A stretch of DNA of 64,000 bases from Amoebidium appalachense (GCA_963693365.1 CAVNZM010000016.1:1293062-1357061); one strand, 5' to 3'; shown: positions 12,923 through 25,094, counted from the stretch's first letter. The notes: a model not told the origin generated them from the letters alone. Made by a program: numbers and translations.

Positions 12923-14823
12923 TTTTGGCCCTGGCCTGGCAGTTTCGTGTCTGCCTACCTCTCCTTGTTTTGGGTCGGCACCTTTGCCGCCCTGCCTCAA
13001 GCTCATCAGCTTTGTGGCAACCGACTGGTGTTGTACGCGCGGGGTTTCAGCCTCAGCCAGCGAGCTCGCCGGTTGGTAGTCCCTTTCTGGGTGCTCTACA
13101 CTTGGCCACACTTTGTTTGTTTTTCTGTGATTTATAGCTTTGGGCCTCACTTTAAATTTATTATTACCATATCTTTTATTTTTGCGATATTTCCCGGCGC
13201 CGTTGAGGACGGCGGTCTGTTACACACTAAGTATGGCAATTTATGAATACTTGGACGTTTATTGATGCTCATAAGCTGTGGCAACCTGGCCGTAATGTAG
13301 ATGTGACGAGGGAACTGTACGTGACTGTATCAATACGATGGCCTACAGGCAATAGTGATGACCATAGACAAGCAATGCCTAATTCTATGCGTGTTGTTTC
13401 CCTTAGTTGTGACCATGTACTAAGAAGGGGAAAGACCCTGTCTAACTAACGAATTCTAACTACCTTTTATACTTTCTAGCGCTCTTGGCTACACTAAATA
13501 TTATGTTAAAAGAGTTCCGACATCTATGTACAAAGTGCGCGGCTACAGATCTAACCAATCAATCTATTCGATCTATTCTTTGCTCACTATGATGTCATCC
13601 TATAAGACCTTATGAGTGGATCCGGCTCACAGCTACTTATCATATAGAGACAGTACGTACAGGGCATATTTACATTACAAGTTACTACATATTTCTCTAG
13701 AATGACAGATATATATCAGCCTTATATCATTGTTAATTATTTACACACTTCTGTTAATCGATTTCATCTCTCTGTAAGAATATAAGTACAAGCCTCATGG
13801 CAATCGGCTCGTGGCTCTTGGCTCATGGCTTTTCGCCATATATAGCTAAGTCTATTGATTGCTCATTCGCTCACACTCAATCACAACATTCCATAATTAG
13901 ATTGCCTTTCGCGTACAGGTGCACGCGTATACATATGTTCATTGTTTTCAGACGTAATATGTTAGCAAATATGTGTTACACTAATAACGGGAATAAATCT
14001 TCGTAATCTTTTGCATGCTTCTGGTAAGATAGATGGTTCATGGGAGTTTCCCATGGTCTCCAGACACGTGGTTATAAGACATGATCAGAGTACATTGCAC
14101 GGACATACGGCCGTGTTTATTTCAACTTATTGATCCAGGATCTGGCCAATCAAATCAGTGTACAAGGATGCCTTCCTTTCGGCGCCTTTCTGCGCCAGCT
14201 TGGGAGTGGTGGAGAGCACGTGTGTCATTTCTCTTGGGAAACCAGTCCCACCGACACATAGTTCTTACTAACCCCTTGCTGGGGCAAATAAAAGCGACGT
14301 GGAGAATGTTTGTTTGTAAATGATATTTCTCTGAGGAGAGAGGTGAGCCCCGTATATTTAGGATATGTATGCACGTGGCAGAAGTTCCGATAAGCCTGTA
14401 GCTGCCAATCCGAATCTGTACATATTGCCTTTCGGGATTCCAGTGTACTCGATTGGTCTGTCTTATAGCTGGAATGTATCATTGCATGCCTCAGGCTTAC
14501 AGTGCAGTCGGGGAGACAAAAAGGGCCGACACTGCTCATTCTAGCCCTCTTTCTGTCTCGCTCCTTAGCGTGCATAGATATCTTTTTTTTTGGTCCACAC
14601 AGCCTCCTGAGGCTTGTATAGGGACGTGTGTGTTTAGACTTATCAAGTTTTCTTGTTGTTTTTTCTTTTCCCGCCCTCCCTCCCTTTGGAGCTGGGCCTG
14701 TGGCCTCGTGTAATTTCTTTTTCTTTCTGTTTTGGTCGTGCCTCCCTGGAGAGCACGTGTGTCATTTCTCTTGGGAAACCAGTCCCACCGACACATAGGG
14801 GCAAATAAAAGCGACGTGGAGAA
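11454..14823 (+). mobile_element. Non-autonomous tyrosine-recombinase retrotransposon derivative (Ngaro/PAT-type split direct repeats A1...B1-A2-B2)
   Basis: A1 11454-11814 matches A2 14306-14670. B1 14210-14306 matches B2 14747-14823 (B2 lacks ~20 bp). A gag-like ATG (MPPRPK) follows A1. No TSD, and no RT or YR motifs are visible. Confidence 0.8.
11818..12900 (+). pseudogene. Disrupted gag-like ORF1 of the split-repeat element
   Basis: Pro/Ala-rich N-terminus followed by a helical block, RNRREAETLARSLDLLL...HRLMAVAIADQSNTWAIAEQIEE. Position matches ORF1 of DIRS-group elements. Broken by stops and frameshifts. Confidence 0.55.
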
Positions 14824-15366
14824 GCAATATTATTGCAATATGGCGTTCCTATTGGCGGCAAGGCCCTTGTTCTATTGCCAATATCGCCAATGGCGCCAAT
14901 AGCAAAAAATACGTGTGACTTCCGGGAAGTTTGCTGATGTTGGTCGTCACGCCCCCATTCGGGAGCGCGACCTCGGGGGGCGCGTGTGGGGCCGGGGGCG
15001 TGTACGCTCATATATGAACGGAGCGCTTGGCTAGATGATATTCGATCTGGGCCAACGCGCTGAGGTGACAGATGGAGTTGTGTCATGTTCGTGTTGAAGT
15101 TTCTGCCGCTGTCGGCTTTTCTCAATTTTGACGTAGTTATGACGTAGATCATAATTGCTTGATATCATTGAGGGGTTTACGCTGTTTACTCGAGGCAAAG
15201 AGAACCAGTCTCAGGTATGGGGGGGGGGGGTTTGCTCGGAATATCCCCTCAGCGGTATATCATGATCACGTACATAGATGTCGGGTGGTGACTATATATC
15301 AGGGTTTACTTTCTCTACGAGACACCATAAAGACTACAAGGAGAAATCAATTAGTTGGGGTTCCCC

Positions 15367-15367
<1 letters not shown>

Positions 15368-15411
<44 letters not shown>

Positions 15412-15444
15412 GGGCTCCCCCTCGGGACACTCGGTATCAGCTGG

Positions 15445-15497
<53 letters not shown>

Positions 15498-16560
15498 TGT
15501 GTGTGTGTGCGCGTGCGCTATAATTTTGTAGTGATGTGTTTCTCAAGCCAATCAATACATCTAATAAACAGGTCGTAGTTACGCGTGTTTAGTATAAAAT
15601 CAAGGATGTTGTAATTTACAGGTAGGCTATCTTTCTGGGTGTCTGTTGTGAATGTGACGTGTGTGTGTTGCGGTATTATGTGGTCTATCAAACTACATTT
15701 GGCGATACATGACCGGTTAAACTGGTGTGTGTGTGTGTTGTTTGGGCATGCAAATGATGCCACCTTATACTTATTAGATCTCCACTGTATAGCACGTGTA
15801 CAGTAAAAGCGTGGTAATTGATCAATAATACCATCAGCTAGAGAAAGACCAGTTCTACAGGAAGGTAATATGTATTTAGGTGTTATACACTTGCGAGTGC
15901 CATATTTGGCAATATGGTTGAGGCGGTCAGTATATATAAAACGAGACATAAGGCTTAGTTTTTCAAGGTGTATGCTTTCATCGGGTCTAGTGTCGTGTGG
16001 TATCTTTTTCCATTTGTTATATTGCGTGATTATCTTGTGATTGTGTACATGTTTAATAAGTAACTGGCAGTCCAAAGTCACACACACACTATTGCGGGGT
16101 TTATTTGTATTTGTGCCCAGGGGAGAAGGGGAGAGAGAGGGGGAGGAAAGAGGGGAGAGGTGAGGAGGGGACAGGTCGGATAGAGAAGAGAGGGTGGGAG
16201 GGCAAATACTTCTTTAAGCGGCTTATGTGCTTATTGAATTTCAGCGCGAGATAGGATACTCTAGCAGCTATTGGGACCAGACCATATATCGAGAGCGTTA
16301 CAGGCCCAGGTTTACAACAGTTGTTAGATAGAAAGGAGGCAACTTCTGCTTCAAGGAAATTTGCCAAGGGTTTAAGCGCTCTAGTTCTCTCTTTCTTGAT
16401 CCAAGCGGCGAGAAGGGGTAAACCATATTCACATGCCGGGAAGACAAAAGTGCGAATAAATGTAAGTCTAATAGAAGGATGGAGGGGTGTGTCTTTAAAA
16501 ATATTAGCCGAGAAGAAAGCTAACCGCTTACGAGCCAACTCTACCCTCTTTTTGATGTCA
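15368..16560 (-). mobile_element. 5'-truncated non-LTR retrotransposon (LINE) 3' end
   Basis: Post-RT motif RLTFIRTFVFPACEYGL, then a Cys/His region (CPNN..H..FNRSC) and ILDFILN. The 3' UTR contains (CA)n and ends in poly(A) (T run 15368-15406). Confidence 0.7.
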
Positions 16561-16767
16561 CGAAATTGCGAATGACGTCACCGGATCACGTATTGTGGCT
16601 CACGGCCAGCCGAACCCGATCAAATTGAGCTGCACTGATCGGTAATTTCCACATATGTAATGTTTCGTTTTGGAAAGCCCGGAAATGGTAAAAATATTAC
16701 ATCACGATCGAGAAATGCCGACATAGTCGTTAAGTACTGATCACCAACCATGTCTTTATAGATTTAA

Positions 16768-16915
16768 GGAGAAAGGGCTCATTTTGAAATTTCACTATAA
16801 CGGCAGATCGTAATCCCCCATACTCCCTAACTCCCAATACTCAGCGGGGGCCGATAATCCTACATATGAAATTTGATCAATTACATAGTGAAATTTCAAA
16901 ATGAACCCTTTGTCC
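16768..16915. mobile_element. Second, shorter copy of the Kolobok-like MITE (opposite orientation)
   Basis: TTAA flanks both sides. 31-bp TIRs (GGAGAAAGGGCTCATTTTGAAATTTCACTAT) with 2 mismatches. The interior is the reverse complement of ~8191-8310. Confidence 0.88.
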
Positions 16916-16979
16916 TTAAGTAAAAAAAAAAAAAAAAAAAAAAAAGAAAGGAGACACCGCCTCTGTAGGTGGTAGCTCC

Positions 16980-17708
16980 GCGCGCTGCCTGCTAGTATTC
17001 CCGTGCCTCCGAGCCCCTTTCTCCCTAGGCCTAGCCCTAGCCACCCGCTTGTCATGCCGTAATGATACCCACCACCCACCCACCCATGTCCTGTCAGTTT
17101 TTATTTCCACTGGACTGTTAACGATCTTTTAGGCCTCTTCTCTTAACGAGTTTGCCCTCACCACGTGTGTCCAATCTTCGTCTCCTGGTAGCATCGCAGA
17201 GCCAAGCTGGGAGGTATGTCCTCTTTACGTGCGCGAGTGTGCTTCTGTGCCAGGCCCTGCCACGCGCATGTTTTTGGGTTAGAACGTGTACCCCCTACGA
17301 CCCGCCCACGCCCGTTTGAGCAAATAAGCATGCCTTCTAGAAATTACTGGGCGAACCACTCTCCTTTTTCGTAGGAATACGGGAATGTTTAACCTTACAG
17401 TGAGTGAATGTTTCCCTGTGTGATGTGCCCCGCCTTCGGGCACCCTCGTTCAGGCTTTCTCCTCCCCCCCTCTGCCCCCCCCCCCCCCCCCCCCCCCCCC
17501 TCCCTTTCCCCTCCTTTCCCGTCGCCTTCCCTGCCCCCTCCCCCCCCCCCCCCCCCCCTCCCCTCCCTTCCCAACCCCGCCATCCCCCTCTCCATCCCCC
17601 CCTTCACAGCACTCTGTGTACATGCTCTCGGCAGTATATTTTGGTGCCCAAGCCCGGCCTCACCGTTCTACTCTGAGAGATAAAGGCAATGCGTAACATG
17701 CACTACGT

Positions 17709-17745
<37 letters not shown>

Positions 17746-18266
17746 TGGGCCAAAAAAAAAAAAAAACCCACCCACCCACCCCCAAAAATTCAAACAAACA
17801 AGAAATTCACCCACGCCACCACCACTACTCCGCACGTGCCAGACACATCATATTTGTTTTTGCCCTTGTGCAAGTCTACTTCCGTCTCTCCCTTCACATT
17901 GCCCCCACCCCCCGCCCTGCCCCTTCCCCGGCCCTCCGCATCTTACCTCCTTGCTTCCCCCTCCCTTAGCCCTGCTGCCTCTCCCCCCTCCACATTTTTT
18001 CCTCCCTCTGCCACCCCCCCCCCCCCCCACCCCCCCCCCTCCTTGCCCCCCCTCCCTCCCCTCACCCTCAAGATCCCCTTTCCCCCGCTGGTGCTGAAAA
18101 ACACGAAAGTGCCCCTGTCATGAGTAATCCCTCCCTCCCCTTTTTTCCTCCCTCTGCCTCCTCCCCCCCCCCCCCCCCCTGCCCCCTCTCTCCCCTCACC
18201 CTCAAGATCCCCTTCCCCCCGCTGGTGCTGAAAAACACGAAAGTGCCCCTGTCATGAGTAATTCTC

Positions 18267-18314
<48 letters not shown>

Positions 18315-19183
18315 CCCGCTTTACTCCATGCAACCGGGCATGGTTGCTCTGGGTCGTGCATCTGTAAGCACATACGCGGTCGTGCATCTGTAAGCACATA
18401 CGCATTTTTTCGCTGCACTGCATTAGTTTGCACACACATCTTCACCGTTTTGCCAACCTTGCTTGCATAAGCAACCCTGCTCGTCTTTGATCAAGACGGG
18501 TTGACCCGCCCAAGTTCAGTTGATGCTGCTGTCTGAGTTGGAGCGTCGTATATACGCGGGCTAAGGGGTCGAAACTCAGACGCAATTGATGACTTGGGTC
18601 CTCCCTGAGGATGGGCTCTGCTTATGACGCATACTGTGCACATGGCTGATGTTGCATACTTGAATGTTTGCCTTTGCATGTGTCCTGCACCATGCTTCTC
18701 GTCGTGTATGCGTACTTCGTACCGTGTTCCGCATTCAAACCCCCCCCCCCCCCTCCCCCCCTCCCGCCCCCCCCCCCCCCCCCTCCCCCTTGCCCAACTC
18801 CACAATACTGCTCACCTGGTGAGTTTCGCCCTTCCTTTCTTTCCTCCTGCCTCGTCCCTCCCTCCCCCTCCCTTCCCCCCCCCCAAATAATAATAATAAT
18901 ACTAATAATAAAAAAACCTCACCTACCACCCCTACTCCCCCCTTTTCCCCGTTTACACCCCACCCCCCACACCCCCGTGCTTTGGAAGTCCCCCCTCCCC
19001 CGCCCCCCCAGCTCCTATCCTCGGCACCCATTTCTCTTCTTGCTGCAAAAGAAACACAGGGGTGTCCTTGATATGGGTCATGCCATCCCCCCCCCCCCCC
19101 CCCCCCAAAAAAAAAAAAAAAAAAAAAAGAAAGAAAGAGACACACACACACACACGTACACACACACGTGCGCGCGCGTGCAT

Positions 19184-19259
<76 letters not shown>

Positions 19260-19351
19260 TATGGGTGGACGGTGGGCACTGGCTGGTCGGTGGCTCTGCC
19301 GAGGGCTGAACAAAACACTGCCCCCAGCAGCCACAGTAATCCCCCCCCCTC

Positions 19352-19382
<31 letters not shown>

Positions 19383-19937
19383 ACACACACATACATATCC
19401 CCCCCGCCCCACACTCCCCCTTCCCCTCCCCCCCGCTCCTTTCCCTTCTCGGCCTTTCCCTACCTCATGTGTCTTGGCATTCGTAAAAGACAAAGGAAAG
19501 GAAGTGAACAACGGAAACTATATGCATACACATATCTAGTCCAAGCACACACACACACATACACACATGCATGACCACACCCAAATCCATTGGAGGCTAA
19601 GGATGAGGGGAGATTTTGCTGGTTTTCTTGTGCTCTTTTCGTCTTTCCCCCCCCCCCCCCCCCGCCCCCCCTCCCCCCTCCCCCCTCTCCCCCCCTCCCC
19701 CCGGGAACCCTTCAATGATGAACTATGTTGAAGTATCTTCTGCTAAGCACGTTTTGGTTCTATTATTTGTGCATTTTCCTCGTTGGTTTTCAATGTCATT
19801 GCCTCAATTGTTGCCACTGCTCACTACATCTTCCCCTCCCCCTCCCCCTCCACGCACATGCACGTACGCACGAACGCATAACGCACACACACACATACAC
19901 GCACATGCACACGCATACGCACACGCACACGCACATG

Positions 19938-19981
<44 letters not shown>

Positions 19982-20902
19982 GCCACGAACCAACCACATT
20001 CACCCCATAGTCGACTAATCCAATTCTGGCTGCAGCCATGTTTCTTCCGTTCGTCTCTCACCCATGCACCCACCCCTGTGGCTGCCGGAGCTATTTTTAG
20101 GCGCCCAGTGGACCGTACTGCCGTGGCCACAACCACACAGCGCCACATGCACTACTTGGCACCACGGGCAGGTGTGTCTCCCCATGTACACATACACACA
20201 CATAAGTGGCCCGCAGAGGTGATTCGTACGGGCACACAGACACACACAGACACGAGCACTCGCACACTTACATGCACTCACAGACACGCATGCGCGCACG
20301 CGCACACACAGAGATGCACACACACGGACGCACGCACGCACGCACGCACACACATACACACAAAGAACACTTTATAAAACGTGTGCCCATGTAGGCATAC
20401 AGGTTTGGCCATACTACCATGCACATAGGCACGTACAAGCACACTCACACACGTATTTGCACACCCTTACAGATCAGAGAACTGCACAGATCTTGTTGCG
20501 TTTGCAAATGAACATGAAAATTTTGTTGCGTTTGCAAATGAACATGAAAATTCGGAAGCACACCAACAGCACGGATACACACGAATTCTGACTTTCAAAA
20601 GGAAATAAGCCACAAGCGCATTTGGAACAGTAGCCCCCCCCCCCCCCTCCCCCTTTCTCCCCGTCCTCCCTTCCTTCCCCCCCCCTTCCCCCCCCCCCCC
20701 CCCCCCCCCCGCGCCACACAGATATAAGCCTGGTTTTGGGTTTGCCATGGCCCCTTACACCCCCTCTCCTAGATTTTCTGGCGAATCATTTACGAGCATC
20801 ACGGCTCATGAACCAATCATCATTCTTCTCAAGTCGTGTCGACCGAACCTTCACCGGCTCAATCAGGGTATGGCTGCCACTTTCCCCCCTCCCCCCCCCT
20901 CC

Positions 20903-20935
<33 letters not shown>

Positions 20936-20945
20936 ACACACACAC

Positions 20946-20993
<48 letters not shown>

Positions 20994-21256
20994 GGAAGGC
21001 AGCCAGCCAACGTATGCCCACCCATCCACCCACCCCACCCACCACTACTCTCTACCAAAGAAGCAATCGGAAAGAGAGAAGGCCGGGGGGGCTTACACAT
21101 GTCACATATACAAACACACACACACGCATGCATGCATGAGCACACACACGCGTGCATACTCAATCACTCACACACTTTTACACGCAAACATGCACGCACG
21201 AACACACGCATGCACGACCCCCCCCCCCCCCCCCCTCCCCCCCCCCCCTCCCCCCA

Positions 21257-21290
<34 letters not shown>

Positions 21291-22690
21291 TATACACACG
21301 GTGTCACAGTGTCACACACGAAGTCACTTGACCTCACCGTTAGGCGCCCTCTGAGTACGGCATGGTCGAACATTTGTGTGGTTTTATAGATGTTTCAATT
21401 TTTTTAGGTTTCATGCAGTGCTGACAATCTGCTTCCACCAGGCCAAGACTGTGGCTGGGCCGTTGAGTCCACTGCCCACATTGCAGATGCAGCAGACAGG
21501 AAAATCCATGTCTACAAAAACACCCGGCTCAGATTCAGACAACGTGCCCAGATTTAGGGGTGTGTCGTGGTGCAAACAAAAATCCAAGTGGGTTTCAAGA
21601 ATTGGCGTTATTTCGTTCCACATAGGTTTTTTCGATTGTCAGATCACGGCCGCGCGGCACATCGACATTGCGATTCGGTACCTCGTCCAATCAAAAGTGC
21701 TGGATGAGGCATACCTGGCAAGGACCAACGTCAGCCTGGGCTTGTTGGAGCCATTTGACCCCACGGCTGAGGAGACGGAGAGGGTGGCGAAACGGTGGGA
21801 GGAAAAGTTGGGGCGAGAATTCACCTCCCTCTTTCGGGGTGTTGCTAGGAGTAACAGTGTTGGTGAATATAGAAAGGTGTGGGGAGCAAGATTTACCGAT
21901 GAATCCGGCCAATCCCACTGGATTGGTTCCTTTTCGACTGAGATTGAGGCGGCATGTGCCGTGGACGAGGCTGTGAGAGCCTGTAAAGTGCCAAAGTCGA
22001 AAAAGCTCAGGAGGATCAACTTCTTTAGGGAGAATGATTATCTCACGGAGAATCAGGCAAGCAGAGTGGGGTGCATCGGGGTGAGCAGGTGCCAGCGCTC
22101 TAAAAATCTCTCGAAACCATGGCGCATTCACGGTTTGCACGTTGCAATCGCCAGAACTTCATCAGCGATGGAGACACCAGGGATTAGTCCCTGTGATCAC
22201 AAAATCAGGGTTGGGGGACGGCGATATCTGGGTTGCTCTGCAACCAAGCTGGAAGCTATTGAAGTGTACGACCGGTTTGTGCTGGACGAATGGGCACAGC
22301 AGGACGAACCACGGGGTCCCCTGCCCCCCACCAATTTTAGTCCAGCCAAGTATGGCTATGAGCTTATAAGTCCACCCACCATCCCACCCCTTAAAGAATC
22401 AGAGGCCGAAAATCCACCCAAGAGGGCCGGCAGGCCGCGCAAGAACACTCTTTCACCTCTTCCCGGAAACTGACCTCTAGCCTGCACATTTTATGAATAA
22501 TATTATATATAAGATATGTGTGACTCAGTGAAAGAAGTACCGTTCATCCTAGTTAGTTTTGTCCTCCTGCGTTACGCACACGGTCACTGACGAATAATCA
22601 GTAGAGTAATTTTAGTCAGTGGGCCAAGTTATCTTCAAACTTCTTCATGTGTGTTGGCGGCTGTCAGTGCCTGGTTAGTAGTATTAACCA
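16980..22690 (+). other. Segmental duplication unit 1 (paralogous to ~25370-36520)
   Basis: Collinear homology from CGCGCTGC.TGCT.GTATTCCCGTGCCTCCGAG (16981/25371), through all AP2 exons, to GGCTGTCAGTGCCTGG.TAGT.GTATTAA (~22660/~36487). Confidence 0.9.
19261..22473 (+). CDS. Triple AP2-domain protein, copy 1 (4 exons: 19261-19335, 20036-20171, 20773-20867, 21442-22473; 445 aa)
   Basis: GT-AG junctions with CTAAT/CTGAC branch points and compatible phases (0,1,0). Exon lengths are conserved in copy 2. Three AP2 motifs: FRGVSW..KWVSRI..IGFF..AAR; [24 protein letters not shown]; IGV..PW..YLG..EA..YD..TNF. Confidence 0.85.
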
Positions 22691-24050
22691 CATATAAAAA
22701 TCCTAAATACAGAATATGGTAAATTGTCAAAATGGAGGTCCCAATTTTGAAAAATCCAGATCCAGATGTGACGAATCTGAAAAATGGAGGTTTAACAAAT
22801 CATAAATGTAATAAAGAGAGAAAGTACTAGGATCATAGTAGAGAATTTAGTGCTAGGTTAATAGTATTATAGGAGTAAAATTGAATGGTGCCATTCAATA
22901 TTATGAAAAAGAAAAGATGAAATTTACACTCCTAATTCCAGAAGATGGTAAAATGTCAAAAATCCGGATGCAGAAGTGACGAATCTGAAAATTGGAGTTT
23001 TAACAGATCATAATTTGGAATTTATGGACTTAATAAAAATTTTAAATGTAATAAAGCAAGAAAGTACTATGGTCATAGTACTCTAAGAGTAGGAGCAGGA
23101 TTAAATCATTCAATGTTATAATAGGAGTAGAATTAAATTATTCTAAGCTTCAGGATATAAGATGAAAATTAAGATCCTAAATACAGACAATGGTAAATTG
23201 TTAAAAATCCGGATGCAGAAGTGACGAATCTGAAGATTGGAATTTATGGGCTTAATAAAAATTTTAAATGTAATAGAAGAATAAAGTACTATGGTCGACA
23301 TAGTACTCTAAGACTAGAAAAGTATGTTCGTAAGAGTAGGTGCTAGTACTTCACGAGCGTGTCGTATCGTGGTGATAAAAGCATAAGACTATCCTCTTAG
23401 GAAGGAGTCTCTTAAGAGATACTAACCGGTTCTCTAATTTTTAGAGTAGTGTAACTACTCTATTAGTAGTAAAGCATGATTTTAAAGAGTAGGTGCTAGT
23501 ACTCTACGAGTTTGTCGTATTGGAATGATAAGAGCATAAAACTATTTTTTAGGAAGGAAGCTTTTAAGAGACAATAACTGGCTCTTAAAATTTAGAGAAC
23601 CATGATTAATTAATTAGTAGGAGAGAAAGAAGAACAGGTTTAAAGAGTATAATTATTCAATAATAGGAAATAAATAAATGTATCACATAAATTATGTGAT
23701 AAAAATGTAATAAATATAGCATTAGTAGGTATAGTAGTTTTGATAGTAATGTTTAGCAAGAGTGGACAAAGTAGAAATAAATAGAAATACAATAGTGACA
23801 AGAGGAGTAGGTCTAATCGCGGGATTAGAAAGCGATAAATGAGGAAGAGTAATAGGATTAACCGGAGAATATGGATAGTTAATCGTTGAATATGGAATAG
23901 TAGCTACATTAATATCGGAAGTTGCTTTATTAATGAAGTATAGAAAAGAAAATGGAACGAGCAGGGTTATTTTTATGATTATTAATTCAGATTTAATAGA
24001 GAGTATAAGTTATTATATTCTAAGATAATCATATGTATAATGTGATCCTT
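22690..24050. repeat. AT-rich, purine-skewed island with diverged tandem repeats (3 x ~240 bp, then 2 x ~150 bp)
   Basis: AAAAATCC.GAT.CAGA.GTGACGAATCTGAA recurs at ~22750, ~22958 and ~23203. AAGAGTAGGTGCTAGTACT recurs at ~23332 and ~23485. Confidence 0.8.
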
Positions 24051-24140
24051 ACAACTAGCACTCCCGATGGCCGTATGCATTCATATCAAATTAGGTTCAC
24101 CAAGTCCATGGCTATTTACCATGTGAAATATTATTTAATA

Positions 24141-24665
24141 GCCCATACGGCAGACATACCGTGTATGTAATTCGTAATGTGGCGAGGTATAAAAACGCAA
24201 AGATGATCATGTCTTGGCGTTGTGACCGGTTTCTGATGTCTCCTGCTCGTATGTGTAATATGTGTGGGGGGGGCGGTTTACTCGCGGATGCAAAACTATC
24301 AATAAGTGTAACCTGCTAGCTCACGATCTAGAACCGGAGGCCGGGGCGGTTCTATTCTCTTTTCTGCCTCTCTTCCTCAATATAATAATTGGATCACCTT
24401 ATTAATGCTACACAGTATGATATTGTGATCATGATATGATAAGGTGTCTTAACTTTCTTTCGGAGCTACCAATGCTATCATAGCCTCTGCTTATCCATAA
24501 TATTTATTAGGGTTGTCGTATGCGATGACGGCGCTGAATGTTGCTTAGCATGTACAATGTCACTAGCTGCATTTGATTGGCTGCGCTGGAAAACACAGTA
24601 GGCCGTCGAGTGAGGCTGGGCCCCAGACACCGGGGTCCACAGCAATGAACAGTGTGTAAACCCCA
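24141..24665. repeat. Dispersed repeat family R1, copy 1 (most diverged)
   Basis: TAAAAACGCAAAGATGAT..CTTAACTTTCTTTCGGAGCTACC..GCATTTGATTGGCTGCGCTGGAAAAC is shared with 40925-41470 and, in part, 50870-51303. Confidence 0.85.
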
Positions 24666-25061
24666 ACCCACCGACTTGCGCACCAAACATAAAACCATAA
24701 AACAACGTGTAGCACACAGTCATGACGGTATACGTAACTGAACGATCTGCAAACAAATGACCATTTCCTGAGAGGAGTCATGAATACAAGTACAGTAAGC
24801 ACATGTAACTTGCGGCACGGCTCTCCTCACGTTCTCATTTTCAATTAGAAGGTGAAGTTTCGGCCGTCATCATATTCTTAGCCCCCGGGGAAAGGCGGAG
24901 GGGGGTGTAGGGGTTTCTCCCCGGGGGGGGGGATCCCCAGTTTCAGCCCCCCTGATGATTCTGGCTGGGGTGCTTACTGAGAGGGAGAAAAAAGATCTCG
25001 AAGGGGGGGGGGGGGGGGGGGGGGGGGGGGGGCGGAGGCACGAGCCGGACTCGAAACCCCC

Positions 25062-25094
<33 letters not shown>

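Noticed and set aside
18060-18400. Local tandem duplications (~135 bp x2 and ~27 bp x2)
   Set aside because: Ordinary slippage-type duplications in low-complexity sequence with no evident function.
20493-20552. 30-bp tandem duplication / candidate extra AP2 exon at ~20472
   Set aside because: The in-phase reading hits a stop and it is absent from copy 2; a simple local duplication.
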